Assembly: GCA_038065715.1 (NCBI GenBank)
Contig: JBBTQL010000011.1
Span: forward strand, 2,509-66,508
Source of the DNA: Patescibacteria group bacterium
GTDB lineage: Bacteria; Patescibacteriota; Minisyncoccia; Minisyncoccales; Staskawiczbacteraceae
Direction of reading: 5' to 3'
Length of the DNA: 64,000 nt
The position numbers were made by a program, and so were the translations under genes. Of this stretch, positions 25,035-33,864 are shown piece after piece (the first letter of the stretch is position 1; the number at the start of each line of letters is the position of its first letter). The notes beneath the pieces are model-generated. The model was not told the DNA's origin and did no database searches. It saw only the letters and a list, made by a program, of their open reading frames with translations.

Positions 25035-26728
25035 ATTTTATTTTTTTCTTCAAACAACCCTGCTTCCCATTTGGGGAGTTTTTTTTGATTAGGGTCAATA
25101 AAAACTTCGCAAAAAATAGGACCGTTAAAATTTAAAATATCTTTTATTTTATGCAGGTCTTTTTCACTTTTTATTGATTCGTATTTTAATCCCCAGGCAG
25201 GAGCTAATTTGTTCCAGTTAGGCAGCCCCACTCCAGAGCTTTCATCTGATGCAAAAACCTTTCCGAAATAATTTAGATGCGTGTTCCTGATTGAATAATA
25301 GCCTCCATTATTAAATAAAAATATTTTTATTGGAAACTTGTTGTAAATCACTGTTTGCAATTCTTGCATATTCATCATAATTGATCCATCTCCTTCAAAA
25401 CATATTACCTGTTTTTTATTGCTTGCAACGCAAGCTCCCATTGCCATGGGAAGGCCCTTGCCCATTTCACCAAAAGCAGTATTTGTAATTAACCTTTGGC
25501 CTTTCTTGAGCTTTAACGCTTGATGCGGAGTTTCTGCAGCCATGCCGTTTGTGGTAATAACTGGATAATCACATTTTCCACTTAAACTTTCTAAAAACTT
25601 ATAAACATCAATGTATTTATTATTTTTTTCAACGTTACTGCTCACGTGAGTACTCACGTTACCCCTCACGTTACCCCTCACGTTACCTCTTGCATCCCAT
25701 CTTTTTAATTTTATATTTTCTTTTAACAATCCCTTCAAAAAATCTTTAGAGTCAGCTACAACCGGAATATCAATTTTTAATGTTCTTTTATAAAGCTCTG
25801 CTTTATCTATATCCACCATTATTTTTACAGCGTTTTTTGCAAATTTTTTATATTCAAAAGAAGTATTTCTAATCTGCATTCTTGTACCTATAATAAGAAG
25901 CAAGTCACAATTATCAACTGCATAATTGGCTGTTTCAACCCCAGTCATTCCCTGTTCTCCTAAATAATATTGATAATCATCGTTTACTAAATCTGTTCCA
26001 CTCATAGCTGAAACAACATTAATTTTTGTTTTTTCAACAAATTCCCAAAGCTCTTTAACTGCTCCAGCCAATCTTATCCCGTTTCCAACAATCATTAAGG
26101 GCCTTTCAGCTTTGTTAAGCGCCGCTTTAATTTTTTTAAATGGAATAACGTACTTTGTTTTTTTCGGAGTTTTAAAGTTTTTAAGTTTTTTTTCATTGAT
26201 TTCTGAGCGCTGGACGTCTAAAGGAATCTCAATAAAAACTGGACCCGGTTTTCCGGATTTAGCCAAATAATGAGCTTTTTCCAAATGATATTTTATTTCG
26301 TTAGGATTTTCCACGCATACAGCATACTTTGTTATTGGTTTTACAACATCAAGCAAATTTATTTCCTGAGGCTCCCCAAGTCTCCTTAATCCGTTTTTTA
26401 TGTCTTGTCTTGTAAGCTTTATTTCCTTTCTCACCTGCCCCGCAATAACCATTATGGGAATTCCATCAACCCAGGCAGAGCCAATGCCCGTAACCGTATT
26501 TGTTCCACCAGGCCCCGATGTAACAGATACCACGCCAATTTTATCATTATTTATTCTTGAATAACCTTCTGCGGCCAAAGCGCAAGCTTGTTCGTGGTGA
26601 CAGCAAATAGCGTTCAATTTTGATCTTCCAATAGAGTCCACTGTATGCATGCAACCGCCTCCTGAAACCAAAAAAACGCTGTCAGTAATTCCTTCTAAAT
26701 ATTTAACTACATAGTCGCTTAATTTCAT
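25031..26728 (-). CDS. thiamine-diphosphate-dependent enzyme, acetolactate-synthase-like (YerE-like candidate)
   Basis: 565 aa with the three-domain ALS architecture. It has SGPGGTNTVTGIGSAWVDGIP in the Pyr domain and the TPP-binding motif GDGSIMMNMQELQT...NNGGY. A repeat-encoded insertion sits in the linker (see the repeat feature). Confidence 0.8.
   Translation of the reverse strand: MKLSDYVVKYLEGITDSVFLVSGGGCMHTVDSIGRSKLNAICCHHEQACALAAEGYSRINNDKIGVVSVTSGPGGTNTVTGIGSAWVDGIPIMVIAGQVRKEIKLTRQDIKNGLRRLGEPQEINLLDVVKPITKYAVCVENPNEIKYHLEKAHYLAKSGKPGPVFIEIPLDVQRSEINEKKLKNFKTPKKTKYVIPFKKIKAALNKAERPLMIVGNGIRLAGAVKELWEFVEKTKINVVSAMSGTDLVNDDYQYYLGEQGMTGVETANYAVDNCDLLLIIGTRMQIRNTSFEYKKFAKNAVKIMVDIDKAELYKRTLKIDIPVVADSKDFLKGLLKENIKLKRWDARGNVRGNVRGNVSTHVSSNVEKNNKYIDVYKFLESLSGKCDYPVITTNGMAAETPHQALKLKKGQRLITNTAFGEMGKGLPMAMGACVASNKKQVICFEGDGSIMMNMQELQTVIYNKFPIKIFLFNNGGYYSIRNTHLNYFGKVFASDESSGVGLPNWNKLAPAWGLKYESIKSEKDLHKIKDILNFNGPIFCEVFIDPNQKKLPKWEAGLFEEKNKI
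25629..25688. repeat. in-frame 12-bp tandem repeat, 5 units (3 near-identical)
   Basis: The units are tcaacgttactg / ctcacgtgagta / ctcacgttaccc / ctcacgttaccc / ctcacgttacct. On the minus strand they encode RGNVRGNVRGNVSTHVSSNV inside the TPP enzyme. Confidence 0.85.
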
Positions 26729-27669
26729 TTTATAAATTTTTCAATTATTTTTTTATGTTTTGTTTTATGAAAGAATAAATACATTGTTTCTTTAGTGCTT
26801 TCCTTAACCTGCCCAAATTTTCTAATCTTATTTTTGCTGATAACATAACATTCGTAATCAAGACCGTGCAACAAACCAATTATATCGTTTGGATGATAAT
26901 TAAATTTTTTAGACCATTTTCTCAGCATTTCAGAAAAAATTATTGGCTTATATTTTTTAATTGTTTCAATTCCTCCTTCAAAAACAAGTTTCTCTGATCC
27001 CTCAACGTCGCATTTTATAAAATCTAATTTTTTAAGCCGTAACCTTGGAACAAAGTCATCCATTCTCCTCACCTGGCACTCCTCTCTTATAGTACAGCCT
27101 GCTTCCCTCAAATTTGCCATTGAAGATGCTGTAGCTACCTCTATATCAAAATAAAATTTGACTTTCTTATTCTGATTTGAAAAACCAAAACAATATGCCT
27201 TGGCGGCAGTATAATTATTTAATTTTAAATTTTTTACCATATATTCATAAGATGACTTTATGGGTTCAAAAGAATAAACAGAAGTTCCTTTTTTTTCATA
27301 AAGAATTAAAAGGGTATACCACCCTATGTTGGCTCCAATATCAAAAACAACATCTCCTGGTTTTATAATTTTTAAAATCATATTATTTTCATTTTCTTCG
27401 CTGGCTGAAATTTGGGAAAGATTAAGATATGTTAATGGGATAGAATAAATATCTCTATTGTCACAGCAAACCATTATACTTTTATTTCCCTTGCGAACAG
27501 TGAATATCACGCCTTCATCAGTGATTTCTATTTTTTTGACCGGCGAATTTTTAATTAATTTAGGGTACTCAAATAAATGTTTGTGGGTTTCAAACATTTG
27601 TTTCATATACTTATCTTTATCGCCTCCTTTCTTGAGATAATTTTTTTTGTTTTGCAATAAATTAGCCAT
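26725..27669 (-). CDS. FkbM-family methyltransferase
   Basis: 314 aa. It has VVFDIGANIGWYT followed by SFEP, the typical FkbM-family pattern. Confidence 0.75.
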   Translation of the reverse strand: MANLLQNKKNYLKKGGDKDKYMKQMFETHKHLFEYPKLIKNSPVKKIEITDEGVIFTVRKGNKSIMVCCDNRDIYSIPLTYLNLSQISASEENENNMILKIIKPGDVVFDIGANIGWYTLLILYEKKGTSVYSFEPIKSSYEYMVKNLKLNNYTAAKAYCFGFSNQNKKVKFYFDIEVATASSMANLREAGCTIREECQVRRMDDFVPRLRLKKLDFIKCDVEGSEKLVFEGGIETIKKYKPIIFSEMLRKWSKKFNYHPNDIIGLLHGLDYECYVISKNKIRKFGQVKESTKETMYLFFHKTKHKKIIEKFIK

Positions 27670-28895
27670 TATATTCTTAAAAGATACTGATTTGCTCCAT
27701 ACTTAATGCATGGTTTACATAAATCATTATTTTTTTTCTTATTTTTTATATCTTCAAGAGAATCAAGCAAAAAATCTTTAGATACCACCGATTTTGGGTA
27801 GTTATAACAGGCGCAGCATAATGAAACAGATCTGTCCCAATTAATATTTAGCTGATTCGATAAATAACGGCAAGGAAGATTGCGGAATTGCTTGAACATT
27901 TCTAAACCTTCGTCAACGCTTACCGGCAAGAGTTTCATAAATTCTTTTGTCTTTTCATCTGTCTTTCCTTGGCAATGGTCAATAATTCTTTCAACGGGCG
28001 TGAAATTGGCGCGGCAGGTAGATAATATAAAACATAGCTCTTTGCAAAGCTCTTTCATCTTTTTTAAATCTTCACCCGTATTATTTTTATATAAATGGTA
28101 ATTCACTTCAACAGGAAAAGAACTGCCTAATTTTTCCATAAAATATTTCAGCCTGTATAAATTTGATTTTACCAAATTTATATCTCCGGCGGTGTGGGTG
28201 GTGTTATAAACTTCAGGATAATATCCAGAAACCGAAACTTTAAAAATATCAGGGGATGCCTCAATAGTTTTATAAACTTGGTCAGTGTTGGCAATTGAAA
28301 AATTGGTTGAAACAGCAACTGCAATGCCTTTTTTGTGGGCATAATTTATAATCAAATCTATTTCTGGATGAAGCAAGGGCTCCCCCCAATTATACAAGCA
28401 AATATGGCTTACTAGGTCTGATTCTTTGGTAACCTTATCTAGTATTTTTTTAAAATCTGAAAAAGGCATAATTCCCTTATGTCTCTTAATTGTTTCAATG
28501 CTGTTGGCGCAGGAGGGACACTTTAAATTGCAAGACCCCACAATGTCAATGGTTATAAAATTTTCACAAAAATCTTTATAATTAATAAAATCCGAGGCAG
28601 ACAATCCTGCCTTTTTCAATATGTCTGTGATTTCATCTTCCTTTATTGAAACAGCAACCACCAAAAGAAGATTTTTGTGTTTAGCTTTTAAACTCGAAAG
28701 ATTTTTGGGAGAAATAATATCAAGGCCTAAAATTTGTTTGCCGTAAAGCGAGGAATCCGAGTCAATAAAAGTAACCAAATTAACATCATGCTTTTTTGCA
28801 AAACGGCAAAAACCAATGCCTGTCATTCTAGCCCCAAAAACAGCCACAGGGCGCTTACCTAAAATTTTTAAAAGTTTTTTTGCATTTTTTTCCAT
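27669..28895 (-). CDS. radical SAM enzyme with N-terminal Rossmann-like (sugar C-methyltransferase C-terminal-domain-like) module and Cys-rich C-terminus
   Basis: 408 aa. The CX3CX2C motif is at IVGSCNLKCPSC. The N-terminal segment VAVFGARMTG...FIDSDSSLYGKQILGLDIISP is similar to the C-terminal modules of 32693..33859 and 52539..54512. The C-terminus carries the cysteines CCACYNYP and CKPC. Confidence 0.75.
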   Translation of the reverse strand: MEKNAKKLLKILGKRPVAVFGARMTGIGFCRFAKKHDVNLVTFIDSDSSLYGKQILGLDIISPKNLSSLKAKHKNLLLVVAVSIKEDEITDILKKAGLSASDFINYKDFCENFITIDIVGSCNLKCPSCANSIETIKRHKGIMPFSDFKKILDKVTKESDLVSHICLYNWGEPLLHPEIDLIINYAHKKGIAVAVSTNFSIANTDQVYKTIEASPDIFKVSVSGYYPEVYNTTHTAGDINLVKSNLYRLKYFMEKLGSSFPVEVNYHLYKNNTGEDLKKMKELCKELCFILSTCRANFTPVERIIDHCQGKTDEKTKEFMKLLPVSVDEGLEMFKQFRNLPCRYLSNQLNINWDRSVSLCCACYNYPKSVVSKDFLLDSLEDIKNKKKNNDLCKPCIKYGANQYLLRI

Positions 28896-28913
28896 TTTCA
28901 GAAAATTTTAATT

Positions 28914-29939
28914 TTATACATAATATTTTTTAAGCCTTTCAGCGTCATTATTCAAAACATCTTCGGGAAACAGCCTGTATTTAATCAATTCGCATTTACC
29001 GCAAATTTTAGAGGCGCCCTTGATTCCGCCAAGCATTTTGTGGCGAAATGTTTGAAACTCGCTGTTGTTCCATATTTCTTTTACTGATTGTTTATTGCAG
29101 TCGCCCAATATGGCAGGATATTCAAAGGAATAACATGGAACAACTTTTCCATCTGGATTAATTTGCATATGAAAAAAGGGCTGAGGGCAAATTTTAACTT
29201 CAGAGACGGGCAAGCCAAACTGGGTAAAACCCATTTTTTTGCCCTTTAAAATATTTTCATAATCCACTCCAGAATGTATAGGGACAGTGTGTTCAACCGC
29301 AATAGTGTCAGAAATATTGCCAAAAATTTCATAAAATCTTTTTTTATCATCTTCTCCGTCAAGCGCGCAATCTATTATTTTAATATACATTTTAGCCAAA
29401 CCTTTATTAACAAAAAAATAACGCAAATTATTTACAAAGTTTTCAAAATCTAAATTCGCCTTGCTTATTTTTTGGTATTTTTCTTTGCTTGTTCCCTGTA
29501 AAGAAACAACCAATCTAGAAAGGCCCGCAGCAATCAAGGCATCTGCCATTTTTGGAATAAGTAGCGAACCATTAGTTAGAATTTCTATTGTTTTAGCAAC
29601 GCCCTTTTGGGAGGCATATTTTACCATATCAGCTATTTGGGGGTGCAAAAGAGGCTCGCCAATTCCAACAAAGCGCAGAACCTTAATTTTTTCAGGAAAA
29701 TCAGCCATATCATTTATGCATTTTTTATACAAATCAAAATCCATAACAATCTTATCTGAAATAAAGCCCCTTTTATCTTTTTCAATCCTAAAAATTCCGC
29801 AGTAACTGCATTTAAAATTGCAGTTGTAAATTGGAAACATTTGTATCACAAAAGGAGTGCTTAAAGGAAGCGCCTCTGCAAGCCTAGTCCTTTTTCCCCC
29901 GGGCGCTTGCCCGGAAATATCTTTTGCTTTTTTTGCCAT
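28914..29939 (-). CDS. radical SAM enzyme, SPASM/twitch-type C-terminus
   Basis: 341 aa. It has IYNCNFKCSYC (CX3CX2C). The C-terminal cysteines are CPQPF...PCYSF...CGKCE. Confidence 0.75.
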   Translation of the reverse strand: MAKKAKDISGQAPGGKRTRLAEALPLSTPFVIQMFPIYNCNFKCSYCGIFRIEKDKRGFISDKIVMDFDLYKKCINDMADFPEKIKVLRFVGIGEPLLHPQIADMVKYASQKGVAKTIEILTNGSLLIPKMADALIAAGLSRLVVSLQGTSKEKYQKISKANLDFENFVNNLRYFFVNKGLAKMYIKIIDCALDGEDDKKRFYEIFGNISDTIAVEHTVPIHSGVDYENILKGKKMGFTQFGLPVSEVKICPQPFFHMQINPDGKVVPCYSFEYPAILGDCNKQSVKEIWNNSEFQTFRHKMLGGIKGASKICGKCELIKYRLFPEDVLNNDAERLKKYYV

Positions 29940-29946
29940 AAAATTT

Positions 29947-31587
29947 TTAAACTAACGCGGGTAAATTAAATTGTTTAGCATAATTTCTCCAAATTTTAGA
30001 CTCTTCTATTATTTTTTTGTATTTATCTTTATAAACCGAATATTTCTCACTCAAACCCAATAGCTTGCAGCATTTTGCTGAAAAATAATAAGCAAAGGCA
30101 TGATCATTTTTTATGCGCATTGCGTTTTCAAAACCCTCTAATGCCTTAGCATAGTTTCCTAACCTAAAATCGCTGTTTTGCACAAAATTAATCTCAAGAT
30201 TCAAAGAATAAGCTTTTTCCTGTATATATTCTGCAGTAAAATCTGGAGTTTCTATTACTGCATTTTTAAAGTCGGAGTCTGTGTAGTCGCCCGTCAAATA
30301 ATTATTTTTTATGCACAGATCAAATAATTCGCTACCCACAAGAGGAGTTGCAATATAAATTCTTATCCATGCAATATCCAAGTTCCTTAAAAATAGCCTC
30401 GTGTCTTCAATGTCTTTTTTTGTTTCTCCAGGCAAGCCGATCAAAATATTGGCGTCTGTATAAATTCCAAGCGCCCGACAGTCAGCAACAACCTGTTTTA
30501 TAATTGAAAGAGTGAGGGGTTTGTGCATAACATCTTTTAAGACTCTGTCTGATCCCGATTCTATTGCTAAAGTAATTTCATTAACCCCAGCTGACTTAAT
30601 TGCAGAAAGCATTTCTTTATCAAGGGCATAAAGGGCTAACCCTGTAAGAAAAAAGATGTTTAACTTTAATTCTTTTGCAAGATCAATAATTTTTAAAGCC
30701 CTTTTTCTGTCTAACATAATATTATCATCCAAAAAGGCAATAGTTTGGGCGCCATACTGCTCTTTTAACCGCATAAAATCTTCTTTCAACCGCTCTAAAC
30801 TATGATAGCGCATTTTTCTTCCATGAATGGAATGTGAAGCGCAAAAACAGCATTTATGCGGGCATCCCCTTGAAGTGGAATAAGGGAAATAATTCTTTTT
30901 ATTATCAAAAGAAGTGAATGTGTCTATACTTGGACTTAATTTAGATTGGCCGGTTTCTAAAAGATCATAGTCAGGGAATGGTATTTCGTCAAGATTTTCA
31001 ATAAAATCATATTGAAATGGTCCGGTTTTTTCTTTTGTTATCCATGACGGATTGCTTTTCAAAAATTCTTTCTTGTCAGATGTTTTTACAAGACCAAGTA
31101 TGGGTTTTTCGCCTTCGCCATAGCATAAAGCGTCAAAAGCAGAACTGTCTTTAAATATTTGTTTATACATATTACTGGCAGCTCCGCCTCCAGCTATTAT
31201 TATCGCATTCGGGAATATTTTTCTTGAAATGTCAGCAACATCAAGCATGTTTTTATAAGATGGGGCGAACAAGGCTGATATTCCTATTATGTCTGGATTA
31301 AAATTAACCCACTCTTTCTCTGAGAGAATTTCCAAAAATAATTCAGAAAAAGAGTTGTATTTAAAATCATCTATCTTGTTCAAAATCACATTAAAGTCGA
31401 TGAGCTTTGTTTGGACTTCAGCGTTCTTTTTTAGGTAAGCGCTAATAGAAAGCAAACCCATGGGCATGTCTGTTACAACATTCCCGTAGTTACCCGATTT
31501 TTTTACCACTACCCGCTCGTTAAAGCCTGGATTCACAAAACTGTCAAAATTTGGATAGGGCGGAACTATGAATAAAATTTTATCCAT
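29947..31587 (-). CDS. B12-binding-domain radical SAM enzyme (class B, methyltransferase-like) with C-terminal TPR-like region
   Basis: 546 aa. The N-terminal region is of the B12-binding type (ILFIVPP...IIGISALF), followed by SRGCPHKCCFC. It is a paralogue of 38866..40524. Confidence 0.8.
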   Translation of the reverse strand: MDKILFIVPPYPNFDSFVNPGFNERVVVKKSGNYGNVVTDMPMGLLSISAYLKKNAEVQTKLIDFNVILNKIDDFKYNSFSELFLEILSEKEWVNFNPDIIGISALFAPSYKNMLDVADISRKIFPNAIIIAGGGAASNMYKQIFKDSSAFDALCYGEGEKPILGLVKTSDKKEFLKSNPSWITKEKTGPFQYDFIENLDEIPFPDYDLLETGQSKLSPSIDTFTSFDNKKNYFPYSTSRGCPHKCCFCASHSIHGRKMRYHSLERLKEDFMRLKEQYGAQTIAFLDDNIMLDRKRALKIIDLAKELKLNIFFLTGLALYALDKEMLSAIKSAGVNEITLAIESGSDRVLKDVMHKPLTLSIIKQVVADCRALGIYTDANILIGLPGETKKDIEDTRLFLRNLDIAWIRIYIATPLVGSELFDLCIKNNYLTGDYTDSDFKNAVIETPDFTAEYIQEKAYSLNLEINFVQNSDFRLGNYAKALEGFENAMRIKNDHAFAYYFSAKCCKLLGLSEKYSVYKDKYKKIIEESKIWRNYAKQFNLPALV

Positions 31588-32680
31588 TTTGTATTAATTT
31601 TGGACTTTTATGAAAAGGTATTTTAGTTTTGTCTTCTTCAGTAAACACATCTTTCCAAAGAACAGGAACCGGCTGCCCGTAAACTTTTTTGGCTATATAT
31701 TTGTTGATAAAATTCCTGTCTTCGGCAATAAGGCATGTGTCAACATGTTCGCCAAACCACTTAATATCCAAGCCTCGTTGAATTATATCCTTTAAAGATT
31801 CATCAAAAATATTACCAATAGATATTTGCATATATTGGCAAGGCAAAACATCTCCCTGTTGGGTTATGGTTATCATTGTTTTTACTGCAATACAACCTAA
31901 ATTAAGACCGTATGCTGGAGTAAGATGCGTAAAAACATTATATTTTTTTTCAAGCTCCTCCATATACTTCATATCGTCTCTATTCACCAAAACATCAAAA
32001 TTTCCCTCCCATGCTCCCACTGGTTTTGCATAACTTACAAACACTCCTACTCCTTTTTTATTAAAGTACTCAAGAAACTTAATAAACTCATCTGAATGAA
32101 GCCTTTGTTTTGTAACTACTGAATTTATAAAAATATCTAATCCTGCATTTAAAGAAGCATCAATGGCTCTCATAGATCTTTCGTGAGAACCTTTTTGATT
32201 TCTGAACGCATCGTGTTCTTCTGCGTTTAAGCTATCCAAACTTAGCTGAATTCTATCAACGCCAATTGACTTTAAGTGTTTTGCCATTTTATCGTTCAAA
32301 AACCAGCCATTTGTATCGCAATTTATATAAAATTTTTGAGGGTCAATAGCGGCCACTAATTCATTCAAATCTGGAAAAACCAGTGGTTCTCCGCCAGTAA
32401 TTACAAAACGCGCAAGCCCCAGGTCGTCAGCCTGTTTCGAAAGGTCTTTTATAACAGCGGGATTTAACTGTCGTCCATCTTTTTTACCTTGAAGCCGCCT
32501 TATAGAACAGTGTTGGCAACGGAAATTACAAATGTAATTATACTGGATGTGCATTATGGCAATGCTCTCACCCTTTCTGATTTTTTCGTCAAACTTCATC
32601 ACCTTTTCATAGACAAGCGGTTTCTCCTTTTGAAGTTTACCTCTTTTATTGTTTTCTTCTGGTTTTAAATTTGTTGTCAT
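31580..32680 (-). CDS. radical SAM enzyme
   Basis: 366 aa. It has YICNFRCQHC (CX3CX2C), ITGGEPL and scattered C-terminal cysteines (twitch-like). Confidence 0.75.
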   Translation of the reverse strand: MTTNLKPEENNKRGKLQKEKPLVYEKVMKFDEKIRKGESIAIMHIQYNYICNFRCQHCSIRRLQGKKDGRQLNPAVIKDLSKQADDLGLARFVITGGEPLVFPDLNELVAAIDPQKFYINCDTNGWFLNDKMAKHLKSIGVDRIQLSLDSLNAEEHDAFRNQKGSHERSMRAIDASLNAGLDIFINSVVTKQRLHSDEFIKFLEYFNKKGVGVFVSYAKPVGAWEGNFDVLVNRDDMKYMEELEKKYNVFTHLTPAYGLNLGCIAVKTMITITQQGDVLPCQYMQISIGNIFDESLKDIIQRGLDIKWFGEHVDTCLIAEDRNFINKYIAKKVYGQPVPVLWKDVFTEEDKTKIPFHKSPKLIQNG

Positions 32681-32692
32681 AAATTTTAAAAA

Positions 32693-33859
32693 TTATTTCA
32701 TAACAATAATAATATTTTCTGCGCCCATGTTTTTAATTTCTTTGGCAATATCATCGCTGTACAAGGCAGAGCAGACAACCACAGGCCCCTTGTGCATCTT
32801 CAATTTTTCGGACGAATATATTGGAATGTTTTTCATTTTCATGCCTTGTTTTTTGGGATCTTTGTCAATAAAAAATTCGATATTACATTTACTAAGAGAA
32901 CTGTTGTTCAAAAGCCGTAAAGCATGGGAACCCGCTCCCCAAACGACAATCTTTTCCTTAGAGTTTGCAATCCTGTCTATTTCCGGCCATTTGCTTTTTT
33001 CTTCAGATTCTTTAATGTGGGCCAAGACAGAATCCCTTACTTTTAAATTTTTAACTATATTTTTTATATTTTCTTTTTTATTTGTCTTTTTGTATATAGC
33101 ATAAACTATAGGATACAATTTGTTTGAATCCATTTGGTTGATTACCTTTTTTTCATATTGCAGCAAGTCAAAACCTTTTTGAAGAAACAAATTATTCAAA
33201 GAATTTTCGTCAAAATGATTTATATGCTCTGTATCAAAAAAATAATAAGGAACTATAAAAAATTCAGAATAGCGGGAAGCGTCCGGAACTTCTATATATA
33301 AGACCCCACCGTCATTCAGATTGTTTGACATAATATCTGCCGCTTTTTCTAAATCGCGAATATGCTCTAAAACATGAGAAAGCACAATACAGTCAAATTT
33401 TTTATCAGGAATAACTGAATTGATTGAAAAAAGCTCTCCTTCCACCGTATCAATTTCATTATTTCTTGCGTTTTGTACGCACACTTTTGCAGGATCTAAC
33501 CCCGTTAAATTCTTATAGCCTATTTTTTTTAACTCAACCAATAATTCTCCGTTAGCGCACCCAATATCCAATATGGAGGCCTCTTTATCGGGCAAAAATT
33601 TTGACAAGGGCTTCATCTTTTCCGTTGTCCACACAGGAGTTCCTCCGGATTCATATTTTGAAAATTCTTGATAATACCTACTATAATCCTGCTGGCTCGC
33701 CTGAGTATCGGCAAAAACAAAACCGCACCTATGGCAGCAGACAATATCATAATCTTTTGGCAGTTCATACATATCTAAATCAGCAAAAGATTGATGGTGC
33801 AATATTTCGCCAGAATCGCTGTTGCATATAGGGCATTTACGTATAAGTTTTTTCTCCAT
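32693..33859 (-). CDS. NDP-hexose C-methyltransferase-like protein (TcaB9/TylC3 architecture)
   Basis: 388 aa. It has an N-terminal zinc ribbon (CPICNS...CHRCGF), the SAM motif ILDIGCANGELL and a C-terminal Rossmann-like module, IVVWGAGSHAL...FFIDKDPKKQG. Confidence 0.7.
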   Translation of the reverse strand: MEKKLIRKCPICNSDSGEILHHQSFADLDMYELPKDYDIVCCHRCGFVFADTQASQQDYSRYYQEFSKYESGGTPVWTTEKMKPLSKFLPDKEASILDIGCANGELLVELKKIGYKNLTGLDPAKVCVQNARNNEIDTVEGELFSINSVIPDKKFDCIVLSHVLEHIRDLEKAADIMSNNLNDGGVLYIEVPDASRYSEFFIVPYYFFDTEHINHFDENSLNNLFLQKGFDLLQYEKKVINQMDSNKLYPIVYAIYKKTNKKENIKNIVKNLKVRDSVLAHIKESEEKSKWPEIDRIANSKEKIVVWGAGSHALRLLNNSSLSKCNIEFFIDKDPKKQGMKMKNIPIYSSEKLKMHKGPVVVCSALYSDDIAKEIKNMGAENIIIVMK

Positions 33860-33864
33860 GTTAT

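Noticed and set aside
25629-25688. Short direct repeats as a possible CRISPR array.
   Set aside because: The units are 12 nt, contiguous and without spacers. They lie in frame inside a coding region, and no cas genes are present.
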